The position numbers and the translations under genes were made by a program. Below the pieces are notes generated by a model. The model saw nothing but the letters and a program-made list of their open reading frames with translations, was not told where the DNA came from and ran no database searches. From positions 124,001 through 146,642 of the forward strand of contig PPNB01000021.1 of the NCBI GenBank assembly GCA_003707115.1: DNA of 22,642 bases, given 5' to 3'. This DNA is from Tortispora ganteri. Its lineage: Eukaryota. This document shows positions 10,391-19,468 of this stretch, piece by piece; position 1 is the stretch's first letter; the number at the start of each line of letters is the position of its first letter.

Positions 10391-10735
10391 ATGGAAGGAT
10401 TGATTTTGGACCAGGCGATGATAGAGGAAGTAGCGAAATATTGTCCTGATCAGTTTTTGAATTTACATAAATGTATTGGTGAAAGTAAAGCTTCCGGTAA
10501 ACCTGTGAATTGTTGGAATCAACAATCGCAATTATCATCATGCGTAAAGAACAAAGTACCAAGTTTTAAAAAAATCAAAACTGATTGCGATAAACAATTT
10601 GAATCTTATAAAAATTGTATACAAAAAGATCCAGAATATAAAACTACATGTTTTGATCAACTTCAAGATTTACGTGAATGTTCAGCTAAAAGTCTTGGTC
10701 TTTCAGATTGGCATCAAGCACGACATATTAAATAG
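10391..10735 (+). CDS. MIX14: Mitochondrial intermembrane-space twin-CX9C protein Mix14
   Basis: Four CX9C motifs. ILDQAMIEEVAKYCP.QFL..HKCI, KVPS.K.I...C and LQDLRECS resemble yeast Mix14. Confidence 0.85.
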   Translation: MEGLILDQAMIEEVAKYCPDQFLNLHKCIGESKASGKPVNCWNQQSQLSSCVKNKVPSFKKIKTDCDKQFESYKNCIQKDPEYKTTCFDQLQDLRECSAKSLGLSDWHQARHIK

Positions 10736-10839
10736 ATAATGTATATTTGCTAAAAAGAAAAATCTAACAAAAATAAATGAAATAAAAAGAAAAGAATTAC
10801 ATATAATTAACTCATAATTTATAAAAAAAAGAAAAGTTT

Positions 10840-13800
10840 TTATACATTAAGACGTTCAAATTCAGCAATCATTTGATGTAGGTTCTCGATTTCAGCATCA
10901 AATTGCTCAATCTTTTTCAAATTACTTTCTTGAACTTCTTTCTTCACTTTCGTCTCGTAATCTTTAACACTGATCGCTTTAACAAGATTAGCTTTACCTT
11001 GTTTCGCCTTCTCAACTTTGTTCTCTGCTTTTTTGATTTCTGCCTCAAAATCAACTTTGCCTTTCACCTCAACAAGCACATTGCAGTCCGCATTCACTGT
11101 ATACACTGCACATCCTTCTGGCTGCGTATCATTTTCACTTAAAACAGTAACAGATTCGCACCATTTCACTAAACTCTGAATGCTCGCAATTTGCTGTTGA
11201 ATAATATTAGCAAGCTTAGTGTCGGTACACTGTACAAATATCCGCACATTACTCAAAATACCAAACTGCGAAACAAGAGATCGACAGCCTTTGACTACTG
11301 ACAAAACAAACTCGTAAGCTTTCTCGGACTCGGGATCAAATAACATCTCGTCGTACTCGGGGTAATCGCTCACAACAATAGACGGTGTATTATCGTCCGG
11401 ACGGCGCGGCAATCGCTGCCATAACTCTTCTGTTATGTACGGCATAAACGGATGGATCATCTTAAGACCAGCATCTAAGGCATTATAAAGCGTATTTCGG
11501 GCAGATTTCTTCTGCTCATCTGTACCATCAAGAATAAGGAATTTGCTGTTCTCAATGTAAACATCACAAAGCTCATACAACCAGTAATTGTAAATAGCAG
11601 TAGTACTTTCCAGGAAATCACGCTCATCGAGTGCAGTAGACATGTTCTTAGCGCAAACAGTAAGTTTATGCAACATCCATCTCTCAACAAGGCTCTCTTG
11701 TCCAGTCAGTTTAATACCGCAAGAAGGAGGAACATACCCTTCTCCAAGGCGCATAAGTGCAAATTTAGACGCCTGGTAGATCTTATTACAGAACTTGCGA
11801 TAACCTTCGACACGTAAAATATCAAGATTGATATCACGACCACCAGTAGTGTATGCACAAAGAGCAAATCTCATCGCATCGGTACCGCACTCCGGAATGC
11901 CTTTAGGAAAACTTAGCTTTTGCCCTTCTTTCGCCTTGGCAATCTCTCGTGAATCTAAATTGCCTTTTGTTAGCTGTTCGCCAAGCGCCTCTAATGAAAT
12001 TCCTTTAATCACATCAAGAGGATCAATTACGTTACCCAAAGACTTCGACATCTTGCGGCCTTGAGCATCACGAACAAGCGAATGGCAGAATACTTCGGTA
12101 AACGGAACTTGACCAGTCATTTTGATCCCCAGCATAACCATTCTGGCAACCCAGAAAAAGAGAATATCCCATCCAGTTTCTAAAACATTCATAGGATAAT
12201 AATCTTTCATATCTGACGTCTCAGAAGGCCAACCGAGAGTGGAAAATGGCCATAAACCTGATGAGAACCACGTATCAAGCACATCTTCATCTTGCGATAA
12301 TGTATATTTATAGGATTTAGCCTCTACAAAATCCTTTTGCACAATCGCATCTGCTTCTTCTATTGAGAACGCAGAAATCCACCATTTGCCGTCATTGGGG
12401 TCCTGGTCAATGCCCTCAAAATCGACAAAGTAAACAGGACATCGGTGTCCCCACCATAGTTGTCGAGAAATGCACCAATCCTGAATATTGGAAAGCCAGT
12501 GGTAAAACTCTTGCTCAGAAGCAGAAGGAGTAATAGTAATTTTGCCAGAACGAACAGCTTCCACTGCAGCATCTGCCATATCCTTTTGGCGAACCCACCA
12601 TTGTGGCTTCATGATAGGCTCAATGACGTCTCCTGATTTAGCACACAAGGGAATACTCATAGCGTTATCTTTCTGCTCAATAAAGAGACCCTTTTGTTTG
12701 AGTTGCTCAATAACGGCAATACGCGCATCAAAGCGCTTCATACCATTCCATTCCGGACCACAAGCGCTGTTAAGAGTACCATCGTCATTCAGAATGTTTA
12801 TAAAGTCCAGATTGTGTCGCTTTCCCGTAGCATAATCGTTAGGGTCGTGTGCGGGTGTGATCTTTACCGCACCAGTACCAAATTCCATGTCTACAGCTTC
12901 AGAATCAGTCACAATAGGAAGTTTGCGGTCAACAAACGGATGCACAACATACTTACCGTGAAGGTGCTTATATCGCGGATCGTCAGGGTGGACAGCTACA
13001 GCAGTATCACCAAAAAGCGTTTCCGGACGGGTGGTGGCAACTATAATCTTTTCGTCTGAGCCCTCGACTGGATAAGCAAACGATGTAATCACACCAAACT
13101 CCACTTTGTCAGTGTACCCCGGCACAGAGATCGCAGTACGGCCAGGGATTTCCTTGTTCTCAACTTCCAGGTTGGAAAGTGCCGTGTTCAAGTGAACACA
13201 CCAATTGACTAGACGATTGGCACGGTAAATGATGCCCTCACGGTGAAGAGAGACGAAACATTCACGGACAGCTTTTGACCGTATATCGTCTAGAGTAAAC
13301 GCTTCGCGGGACCAGTCATAGGAGGCTCCAAGACGTTTAAGCTGGTTTTTTATACGGTCATGGTACTCGTTCTTCCACTCCCAGACAAGATTGGTAAACT
13401 CTTCACGTCCAAGGTCGTGGCGAGTTTTCTTTTCTTTCTTCCATAACATTTTCTCGACCACAGATTGTGTTGAAATACCAGCATGATCAAATCCTGGGAT
13501 GAAGAGAGTCGTTTTGCCCTTCATTCTGTTAAATCGAATCAATGTATCCTGTATAGCGACTGTGAGTGCGTGACCAATATGTAGGGCACCAGTTACATTA
13601 GGTGGTGGCGCCGGAATGACAAATGTACCTTTAGTCGAGGCTGACCCGTCAGGCTGTCTCTTAGGCTCAAAGAAACCTTGAGATTCCCACCAGGCATACC
13701 ACGAAGACTCTACGATCTGCGGATTGTAGGCTTTTAGTGCAGGATGATCCAAACTAGGTAATACTTTCTTCTCACCGGGTACAGTAGGATCAACATATTC

Positions 13801-13983
13801 TGGAACTGGTTCCTGAATTTTCTTGACTTTCTTGCCAGACTTATCGCTCGAATCCTGGCGGGCCTTCTCCGCAGCAGCCTTCTTTGCCTGTTTGGCCTCG
13901 TACGCAGCAAGCTTAGCGGCCTTTTTGCGCTCCTTTTCGAGTTCTTTCTCGGTCTTTTGGCGGGGATTTTCGGTGGATGCCAT
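10840..13983 (-). CDS. VAS1: Valyl-tRNA synthetase (cytosolic form from ATG 13983; possible mitochondrial form from upstream non-AUG start)
   Basis: 1047 aa; PPPNVTGALHIGH (HIGH), KMSKS, ATTRPET, GTGAVKITPAHD and DWCISRQLWWGH motifs. Confidence 0.98.
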   Translation of the reverse strand: MASTENPRQKTEKELEKERKKAAKLAAYEAKQAKKAAAEKARQDSSDKSGKKVKKIQEPVPEYVDPTVPGEKKVLPSLDHPALKAYNPQIVESSWYAWWESQGFFEPKRQPDGSASTKGTFVIPAPPPNVTGALHIGHALTVAIQDTLIRFNRMKGKTTLFIPGFDHAGISTQSVVEKMLWKKEKKTRHDLGREEFTNLVWEWKNEYHDRIKNQLKRLGASYDWSREAFTLDDIRSKAVRECFVSLHREGIIYRANRLVNWCVHLNTALSNLEVENKEIPGRTAISVPGYTDKVEFGVITSFAYPVEGSDEKIIVATTRPETLFGDTAVAVHPDDPRYKHLHGKYVVHPFVDRKLPIVTDSEAVDMEFGTGAVKITPAHDPNDYATGKRHNLDFINILNDDGTLNSACGPEWNGMKRFDARIAVIEQLKQKGLFIEQKDNAMSIPLCAKSGDVIEPIMKPQWWVRQKDMADAAVEAVRSGKITITPSASEQEFYHWLSNIQDWCISRQLWWGHRCPVYFVDFEGIDQDPNDGKWWISAFSIEEADAIVQKDFVEAKSYKYTLSQDEDVLDTWFSSGLWPFSTLGWPSETSDMKDYYPMNVLETGWDILFFWVARMVMLGIKMTGQVPFTEVFCHSLVRDAQGRKMSKSLGNVIDPLDVIKGISLEALGEQLTKGNLDSREIAKAKEGQKLSFPKGIPECGTDAMRFALCAYTTGGRDINLDILRVEGYRKFCNKIYQASKFALMRLGEGYVPPSCGIKLTGQESLVERWMLHKLTVCAKNMSTALDERDFLESTTAIYNYWLYELCDVYIENSKFLILDGTDEQKKSARNTLYNALDAGLKMIHPFMPYITEELWQRLPRRPDDNTPSIVVSDYPEYDEMLFDPESEKAYEFVLSVVKGCRSLVSQFGILSNVRIFVQCTDTKLANIIQQQIASIQSLVKWCESVTVLSENDTQPEGCAVYTVNADCNVLVEVKGKVDFEAEIKKAENKVEKAKQGKANLVKAISVKDYETKVKKEVQESNLKKIEQFDAEIENLHQMIAEFERLNV

Positions 13984-14052
13984 GGAGCGCGTTAAAGGAC
14001 AGATAGGTCTAGAAAGAAGCGTGGGACGGAGGAAATAGCGGATCAGTGTCGT
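13984..14052 (-). other. Putative non-AUG-initiated N-terminal mitochondrial presequence of Vas1
   Basis: In-frame, stop-free and ATG-free: ACG ACA CTG ATC CGC TAT TTC CTC CGT CCC ACG CTT CTT TCT AGA CCT ATC TGT CCT TTA ACG CGC TCC, giving (M)TLIRYFLRPTLLSRPICPLTRS-M. Contains 4 Arg and no acidic residues; ACG is preceded by AAA. Confidence 0.65.
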
Positions 14053-14099
14053 TTTGAAATGAACGCTACAATTATTGCGGTAAAAAAAAAAAAGATTAA

Positions 14100-14123
14100 T
14101 CTATTTAAACGCCTTTAAATAGA
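14100..14123. promoter_or_regulatory. 10-bp inverted repeat with TATA-like TATTTAAA on both strands, upstream of VAS1
   Basis: TCTATTTAAA-CGCC-TTTAAATAGA, about 50 nt upstream of the proposed ACG start. Confidence 0.4.
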
Positions 14124-14376
14124 GCTAAACAGATACCCAGGCAAATTATTACCGGCCTATAGTAGTAGACAGTCGTAAGTAAGAAGGATGAGTTTGCAGG
14201 AGAGGGAAAAAGCTAAATAAAAAAATGAGTCCCTGGTTGCGAGAGGAGTCATAGCTGATTTGGCAGGGTAAATAGCGATCGGACCAGCAAACAGACAGAT
14301 AAATGAATAAATGGAAGATGCCACTTAAAAAAAAAAGAAAAAAAAAAGATGATCATAGTCATAGTCTAGTAAATGA

Positions 14377-15393
14377 TTACTCAGCAGTCGCAGAGACAGA
14401 AGTAGCCTGCTCCTGTTCGACAACAGGGCGGAAGTAAGGGTGAGCCATGCTTTCTTTCGCAGTGAGCCTTTCCTGGTGGTCGTAACGAAGCAAGTGATCC
14501 AGGAAGTCTATGGCTTCAGGTGAAATGTAGCGCTCGTTATCAGCATTGACAAATTTCGACCAAGGCTTGCGCGGTGCGTTACCGACGATTTCGTGAGACT
14601 CGCGCTCGAGTTCAATGTCGTACTTGTTGAGGTACTGAACGAGCCCGTCGGTACCCAACACGCGGGCGATCTTTACGAGCTGGTCTGTATTAGAAGAGCC
14701 ATGAAAAAAGGGGTCTTTTCGGAAAATCATTGAAGCGAACATAGCACCGAGCGACCACATATCGATAGAGTAATCATATTCCTGGAAATCGACGAGCAAT
14801 TCTGGTCCTTTGAAGTAGCGTGAGGCGACGCGGACGTTATACTCGGTTCCCGGATGGTAGAATTCCGCTAGACCCCAGTCGATTAATCTGAGTTTCCTGT
14901 TTTTATGATCGATCATTACATTATGAGGTTTGACGTCTCTGTGCATGATTCCGCGGGAGTGGCAGAAATCTAGCGCTTTCAGGACTTCAAAGATGTAGAA
15001 CCGTACCTCATAGTCAGAGAGAGTAGGATAAAGAACACGGAAATCAACATTATCGACATACTCAAATATCAAGCTGGGTGTTTTAGAGACATTATCGCGA
15101 ACCACATCTAGAAGAGCAATAATATTAGGTCCGCCGGATAAATTTTGAAGAATTTTGATCTCGCGCTTGATTTTCTTCTTCTTTACGGGTTTGAGCACTT
15201 TAACGACACATCTACTATGGCTCAAAATGTTTACTCCTTCAAATACTTCTGAATATTTGCCTCTTCCAATCCGTTTAACGACTTCGTAGTTGTCTACTGA
15301 GCCCCAAGATACTGTAAACCCGTCATAATCCCAGTAGGATCGCGGCATCTTGGAGTTCACATCTGCATAAACCCGTGCAATTGACCCTTTCAT
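14377..15393 (-). CDS. CKA1: Casein kinase II catalytic alpha subunit
   Basis: [46 protein letters not shown] and [16 protein letters not shown]1 versus CKA2 orthology cannot be resolved by eye. Confidence 0.97.
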   Translation of the reverse strand: MKGSIARVYADVNSKMPRSYWDYDGFTVSWGSVDNYEVVKRIGRGKYSEVFEGVNILSHSRCVVKVLKPVKKKKIKREIKILQNLSGGPNIIALLDVVRDNVSKTPSLIFEYVDNVDFRVLYPTLSDYEVRFYIFEVLKALDFCHSRGIMHRDVKPHNVMIDHKNRKLRLIDWGLAEFYHPGTEYNVRVASRYFKGPELLVDFQEYDYSIDMWSLGAMFASMIFRKDPFFHGSSNTDQLVKIARVLGTDGLVQYLNKYDIELERESHEIVGNAPRKPWSKFVNADNERYISPEAIDFLDHLLRYDHQERLTAKESMAHPYFRPVVEQEQATSVSATAE

Positions 15394-15619
15394 TTTCCAG
15401 CTGTAATTTCAAGCAAAAAAAAAACTAAGTCAGAAAAAAGATATAAGTCCCCGACTTTTCTCGCGTGCTCAGTTGCTAAAACTGAGCTCCGTTTAGTCTT
15501 GCTAGTGTGGAAGTAGCGTCTAAGTGGCTTTTGGGCCACTTACTACTTTCTTTTCCAACACTCGTTCAACAGTATCTCGCATAGCAACCATCCTTTTCTT
15601 ACTTCATAACCAAACAACA

Positions 15620-16402
15620 ATGGCCGCTTTCTGCGATCTATGCGTTCCCTGGACAGAACGGCATCGCACTCTACATGTGGTCAGAATGCTAGTGGATCTC
15701 GGATATACAACAATTGCCCTCAACTACACACTTATAGACAATATCGTCTCTGCTACCTGCCCTATCCCCGAGTCTCCGTTCCCTGAGTTCAAGCATATCA
15801 CTTTTCTTCGAAGGCTCACTATTAATATTGATACTCCATCAATTACCAACAATGTAATGCAGTTTATGAAACTCTTTGACATAGTCGCCGTGCGACCGAT
15901 GTCCGAGAAGTCTTTTCAGAACGCCTGTATGGCGCTAGATATCGACATCATATCTTTCGATCCTACTGCCAGACTACCCTTGATCCCGAAACATGCGACT
16001 GTCGCAGCAGCTATAAACAGAGGTGTTTACTTTGAAATATGCTACGGTGCCGGTGTCGGCAATCGCCGCTCCCGCACGCAAACAATAACTAATGCAACTA
16101 CAATAATACGCATTGCACGGTCCAGAGGTCTTATAGTTTCCAGTGATGCAGATGTCGCGGTCGCTTGCCGCTCGCCGCACGACGTGATTAACCTGCTCTG
16201 TGTGTGGGGGTTGGACCACATGCGCGCACGAGAAGCCATTCAAAGAAACCCTTGTCTAGCGGCCAAATCTGGCACGCTCAGGCACACTTCTCATAAACAA
16301 GCCGTGCAGCTAGTTGCCCCTTCAAAGAGACAGGTAAGCGATAAACAAGAGGAAGACAAAATAGATATTTCAGGGTCTGCAAAGAGAAAAAAAACTAGTT
16401 AG
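15620..16402 (+). CDS. RPP1: RNase P/MRP subunit p30
   Basis: The first ATG (AACAATG) gives MAAFCDL. LGYTTIALN, LRRLTI, FDIVAVRP, DIDIISFD, RGVYFEICY, LIVSSDA and RSPHDVINL..VWGL are Rpp1/Rpp30 motifs. Confidence 0.92.
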   Translation: MAAFCDLCVPWTERHRTLHVVRMLVDLGYTTIALNYTLIDNIVSATCPIPESPFPEFKHITFLRRLTINIDTPSITNNVMQFMKLFDIVAVRPMSEKSFQNACMALDIDIISFDPTARLPLIPKHATVAAAINRGVYFEICYGAGVGNRRSRTQTITNATTIIRIARSRGLIVSSDADVAVACRSPHDVINLLCVWGLDHMRAREAIQRNPCLAAKSGTLRHTSHKQAVQLVAPSKRQVSDKQEEDKIDISGSAKRKKTS

Positions 16403-17579
16403 TTTTTTTCGCCGAGTCGACTTTCTTTGGAACGGAAAATGGTGAGATCCCCAGCTTCTCGCTGAACATCTTAATGACAGTCTTTGAAAAATGGTAATAT
16501 GAGTATCCACTATACAGCAGAAGCGAATGTATATACGCGGGCTGAATCTCACGGTTTAGGCCTGACAACTGGGGTATCTGACCGCCCATATAGAACAAAA
16601 TAGCACCAATTAATAGTGGGAAATGTATAGTCAGTCTCGGAAACGGTTGCTTTAGTAGATGAGCTACTGTGATTCTCGTACAAACTCGGCCACATATAAG
16701 CGTAATAATAATAGTGAACGTAAAAAACCTCTTTAAAACAAGAGAATCATTACTGTTGACCCACACGTATACTGCCAGTGCACTAGTGAAAGCTGGCATC
16801 AAATTGACTAGAGCGGGCATCAAGGGCTTTTGTGCGGCTTTTCGAGCTTTCCAAACATTATACGTAGCTTGAGGTATGTGAAAGAAAATCAGTCCAAGGA
16901 TGGTTATAGATATCCATGCCCAGTTGAGCGGGACATTTTTTAACCACAGCGGTAGATCCTTAGTAGTCAGCTCAGACAATGTCATCTTCCATATCTCAGG
17001 ACCGTAATAACCGCATGCAGCCATAGTTAAGCTCACAAATATGAGGCCTTCAGTAGGGGCATTGATGAAACCGAGAAACAGTACGTTAGTATAGTACGTT
17101 TCCCAGGTAGAGACATACATACCTAGACATGTTATAGTGACAATTAGTATACCAAACTTAGTATTTGCCATTCCCATGCAGTATGCCTGACAAAACCCAA
17201 GCAAAGAGCAATTGAGAGCATCGATTCCGTGATCAAAAAGCTCTCCAAGTGCCGAGGAAGAATTAGTGCGTCTGGCCTGTCTGCCATCTATATTGTCCAT
17301 AGTAGAATATACCCAGGTACCTATAGCGCACGAATAGCATATGAATGGATCAGGAGGGCTTGTAAGGTCTTGGTCTGCAAGCATGATCATTATAATGTTG
17401 AACAACACGGCAGAGAAACCGACCAGCGTGACCAGGTTCGGAGCCATAGATAACGGAAGAAGCTGCACTATAGCATTCCAATAATGCGAGAGAATGTACT
17501 TTGAAGTCCATGACTTGTCAACAGAGCTATATTTATACTCATCAAGAGCGTTTATATTGAACAAATCCTCTTCATACAT
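16395..17579 (-). CDS. EPT1: Choline/ethanolamine phosphotransferase (Ept1/Cpt1 family)
   Basis: CDP-alcohol phosphotransferase motif DNIDGRQARRTNSSSALGELFDHGID; YKYSSVDKS; APNLVTL; several transmembrane segments; C-terminal KKTN di-lysine motif. Start placed at ATG 17579, near the homolog N-terminus; an in-frame ATG also exists at 17660. EPT1 versus CPT1 is not resolved. Confidence 0.9.
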   Translation of the reverse strand: MYEEDLFNINALDEYKYSSVDKSWTSKYILSHYWNAIVQLLPLSMAPNLVTLVGFSAVLFNIIMIMLADQDLTSPPDPFICYSCAIGTWVYSTMDNIDGRQARRTNSSSALGELFDHGIDALNCSLLGFCQAYCMGMANTKFGILIVTITCLGMYVSTWETYYTNVLFLGFINAPTEGLIFVSLTMAACGYYGPEIWKMTLSELTTKDLPLWLKNVPLNWAWISITILGLIFFHIPQATYNVWKARKAAQKPLMPALVNLMPAFTSALAVYVWVNSNDSLVLKRFFTFTIIITLICGRVCTRITVAHLLKQPFPRLTIHFPLLIGAILFYMGGQIPQLSGLNREIQPAYIHSLLLYSGYSYYHFSKTVIKMFSEKLGISPFSVPKKVDSAKKTN

Positions 17580-17626
17580 TTGTTCTGTTTTGTTCTGTCG
17601 AAAGTGAAGCGTGTGCAACACTGGGA

Positions 17627-17639
17627 GATTGGACCAATC
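17627..17639. promoter_or_regulatory. Inverted pair of CCAAT boxes upstream of EPT1
   Basis: GATTGG-A-CCAATC palindrome in the 73-nt gap between the USB1 stop and EPT1 ATG 17579. Confidence 0.35.
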
Positions 17640-17652
17640 ACGAGTGGTGAAG

Positions 17653-18321
17653 CTACCCATATGGCGCTTGATGCACGGGACAGGGACCGAAAGGTATAAT
17701 GACAGACTCAGCAGCTATTTTGCAAGAGAGACTTGTACATTGGATATCCATTGGCATGCATGAGAGTGGCGTGGAGTCGCTGTCGGCGACAGCGATCGAG
17801 ACATGAAACTTGGTGTGATCGACCTGGTAGGCTTGTGTGATACCATGACGGTGTAGTGACACCAAAAGATTCTGGAGTAGTACAATGTCACAGCGACGAT
17901 CAATAGGCAAACAACAAAAGTACTTTTTGTGCGATTCATTAGGTAGCCATTGTGTGGTGGCTGCGGTTTGGACGGCGAACGGATCAACGCCGACAAGAGC
18001 GGCCTTGATAGAGGCTATGAATGTGTCCTTGGAGATTCGGGGAATGAAAAATGTCAGCGATAGGCTGATATGCAGGGGCAAGTATACACCAAGATCATTT
18101 GCTACTAGAGATACAGGTGGGGCGATAGATCGCAGGTACGCGTACTGTGTTTTGGTAGGGACCCACTGGATGGAGAGATGTACCGGGAGCATACCTTGTT
18201 GGTGGGGGTGAACGCGATCTTCTGGTACAAATGATTTCTTGCTGAAAAGCAATTGAATTCTTTCTGGAATAGATACTACAGGATCATCATTATCATCTGA
18301 ATCGTAGTGGACTAGAGGCAT
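17653..18321 (-). CDS. USB1: U6 snRNA 2H phosphodiesterase Usb1/Mpn1
   Basis: N-terminal MPLVHYDSDD, R..PH.QG...H, and two 2H motifs, PLHISLS and KFHVSIA. Confidence 0.88.
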   Translation of the reverse strand: MPLVHYDSDDNDDPVVSIPERIQLLFSKKSFVPEDRVHPHQQGMLPVHLSIQWVPTKTQYAYLRSIAPPVSLVANDLGVYLPLHISLSLTFFIPRISKDTFIASIKAALVGVDPFAVQTAATTQWLPNESHKKYFCCLPIDRRCDIVLLQNLLVSLHRHGITQAYQVDHTKFHVSIAVADSDSTPLSCMPMDIQCTSLSCKIAAESVIIPFGPCPVHQAPYG

Positions 18322-18417
18322 TTAAGCAGGTGGACCAAGTGCTGAGTGCAGAGCCTCTTTCGCGAGTGGAAAGAGTGGTTGGGAAAACGTCAAAGTAGCG
18401 AACGTTGAAAGGTCGTT

Positions 18418-19467
18418 TTATAGGTCAACACAGACAGCGCCATCATAGGCGGGCTGTAAAACTTTATATCTGCATTGGATATTATGTTCACGGAATCGGC
18501 GAAGAATTTCAGTGGCAATTTGATCGAAATTTTCGGTGGCGAGAGCGAGAATGGTTGGGCCGGCGCCAGAGAGGCATATACCCAAAAGACCCGGGTGAGT
18601 AGTCGGCGTGACCGACTGCAGGATCTGTTCGAGGCCTGGAATGAGTTTTGCACGGTAAGGCTGGTGCACGCGATCCTGCATTGCACTGTATATGAGTTCA
18701 GGTATAGGTGGCGAGCGAGTTAGCGCAGTAGTTAGGACGGCGAGCCGCTGTAAATTGAAGATCATGTCTTTCTTGGAGTAAGCAGCAGGTAGGACACTAC
18801 GTGCAGTCGCCGTAGATACCTCGAAGTCTGGAATAATAGCAATAGCGTATATTTCGGGTGCCCAGCCAAATTTTATGTGGCTACCGATACCCACGGGTGG
18901 CATTGGTGGGTTCAGGCCAGTGTCAACACCTCCTGCGGGTTCTGGCAGCACTTCGCTGAGTGGGATTTCTATACGTTCTAAGTCCTTTGCATCAAGGTCG
19001 CGCAGGTACGATCCAACAAACCCTCCCATCATTGCAGCAGTCACGTTATCCGGATGGCGTTCGATCATAAGAGTATAATCCATCATGCGTTCTTTAGAGA
19101 GCTTGAGCTCGCCCAGCCAGTTGCCCAGCATGACTCCGGCAACTACAGCCGCACCAGATGATCCTAGACCGCGTCCAAGCGGGATCGGGTTCTTGACATG
19201 TATTTGCGTGCCTATAGGAAACTCTTTCTCATGGCACAACAGGACGTAGTGCGCGGTGCGCGTCATCAGATTCAATGATGCGTCTAATGGTACTTCGTCC
19301 GCACCTTCACCTTCGTAGCTTAAACGGCATTCTAGCGGCCGGCCTTCAGATACACCCGTAACATTAACCATCAGCTCTAAATACATATCCAGGGCCAGTC
19401 CAACAACATCAAATCCAGGTCCAATGTTCGCCGACGAGCACGGCACTTTAATTATACACTTGCGCAT
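18418..19467 (-). CDS. THR1: Homoserine kinase
   Basis: IKVPCSSANIGPGFD, GHMP motif PLGRGLGSSGAA, IERHPDN, DRVHQPYR and CLSGAGPT. Confidence 0.97.
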   Translation of the reverse strand: MRKCIIKVPCSSANIGPGFDVVGLALDMYLELMVNVTGVSEGRPLECRLSYEGEGADEVPLDASLNLMTRTAHYVLLCHEKEFPIGTQIHVKNPIPLGRGLGSSGAAVVAGVMLGNWLGELKLSKERMMDYTLMIERHPDNVTAAMMGGFVGSYLRDLDAKDLERIEIPLSEVLPEPAGGVDTGLNPPMPPVGIGSHIKFGWAPEIYAIAIIPDFEVSTATARSVLPAAYSKKDMIFNLQRLAVLTTALTRSPPIPELIYSAMQDRVHQPYRAKLIPGLEQILQSVTPTTHPGLLGICLSGAGPTILALATENFDQIATEILRRFREHNIQCRYKVLQPAYDGAVCVDL

Positions 19468-19468
19468 C

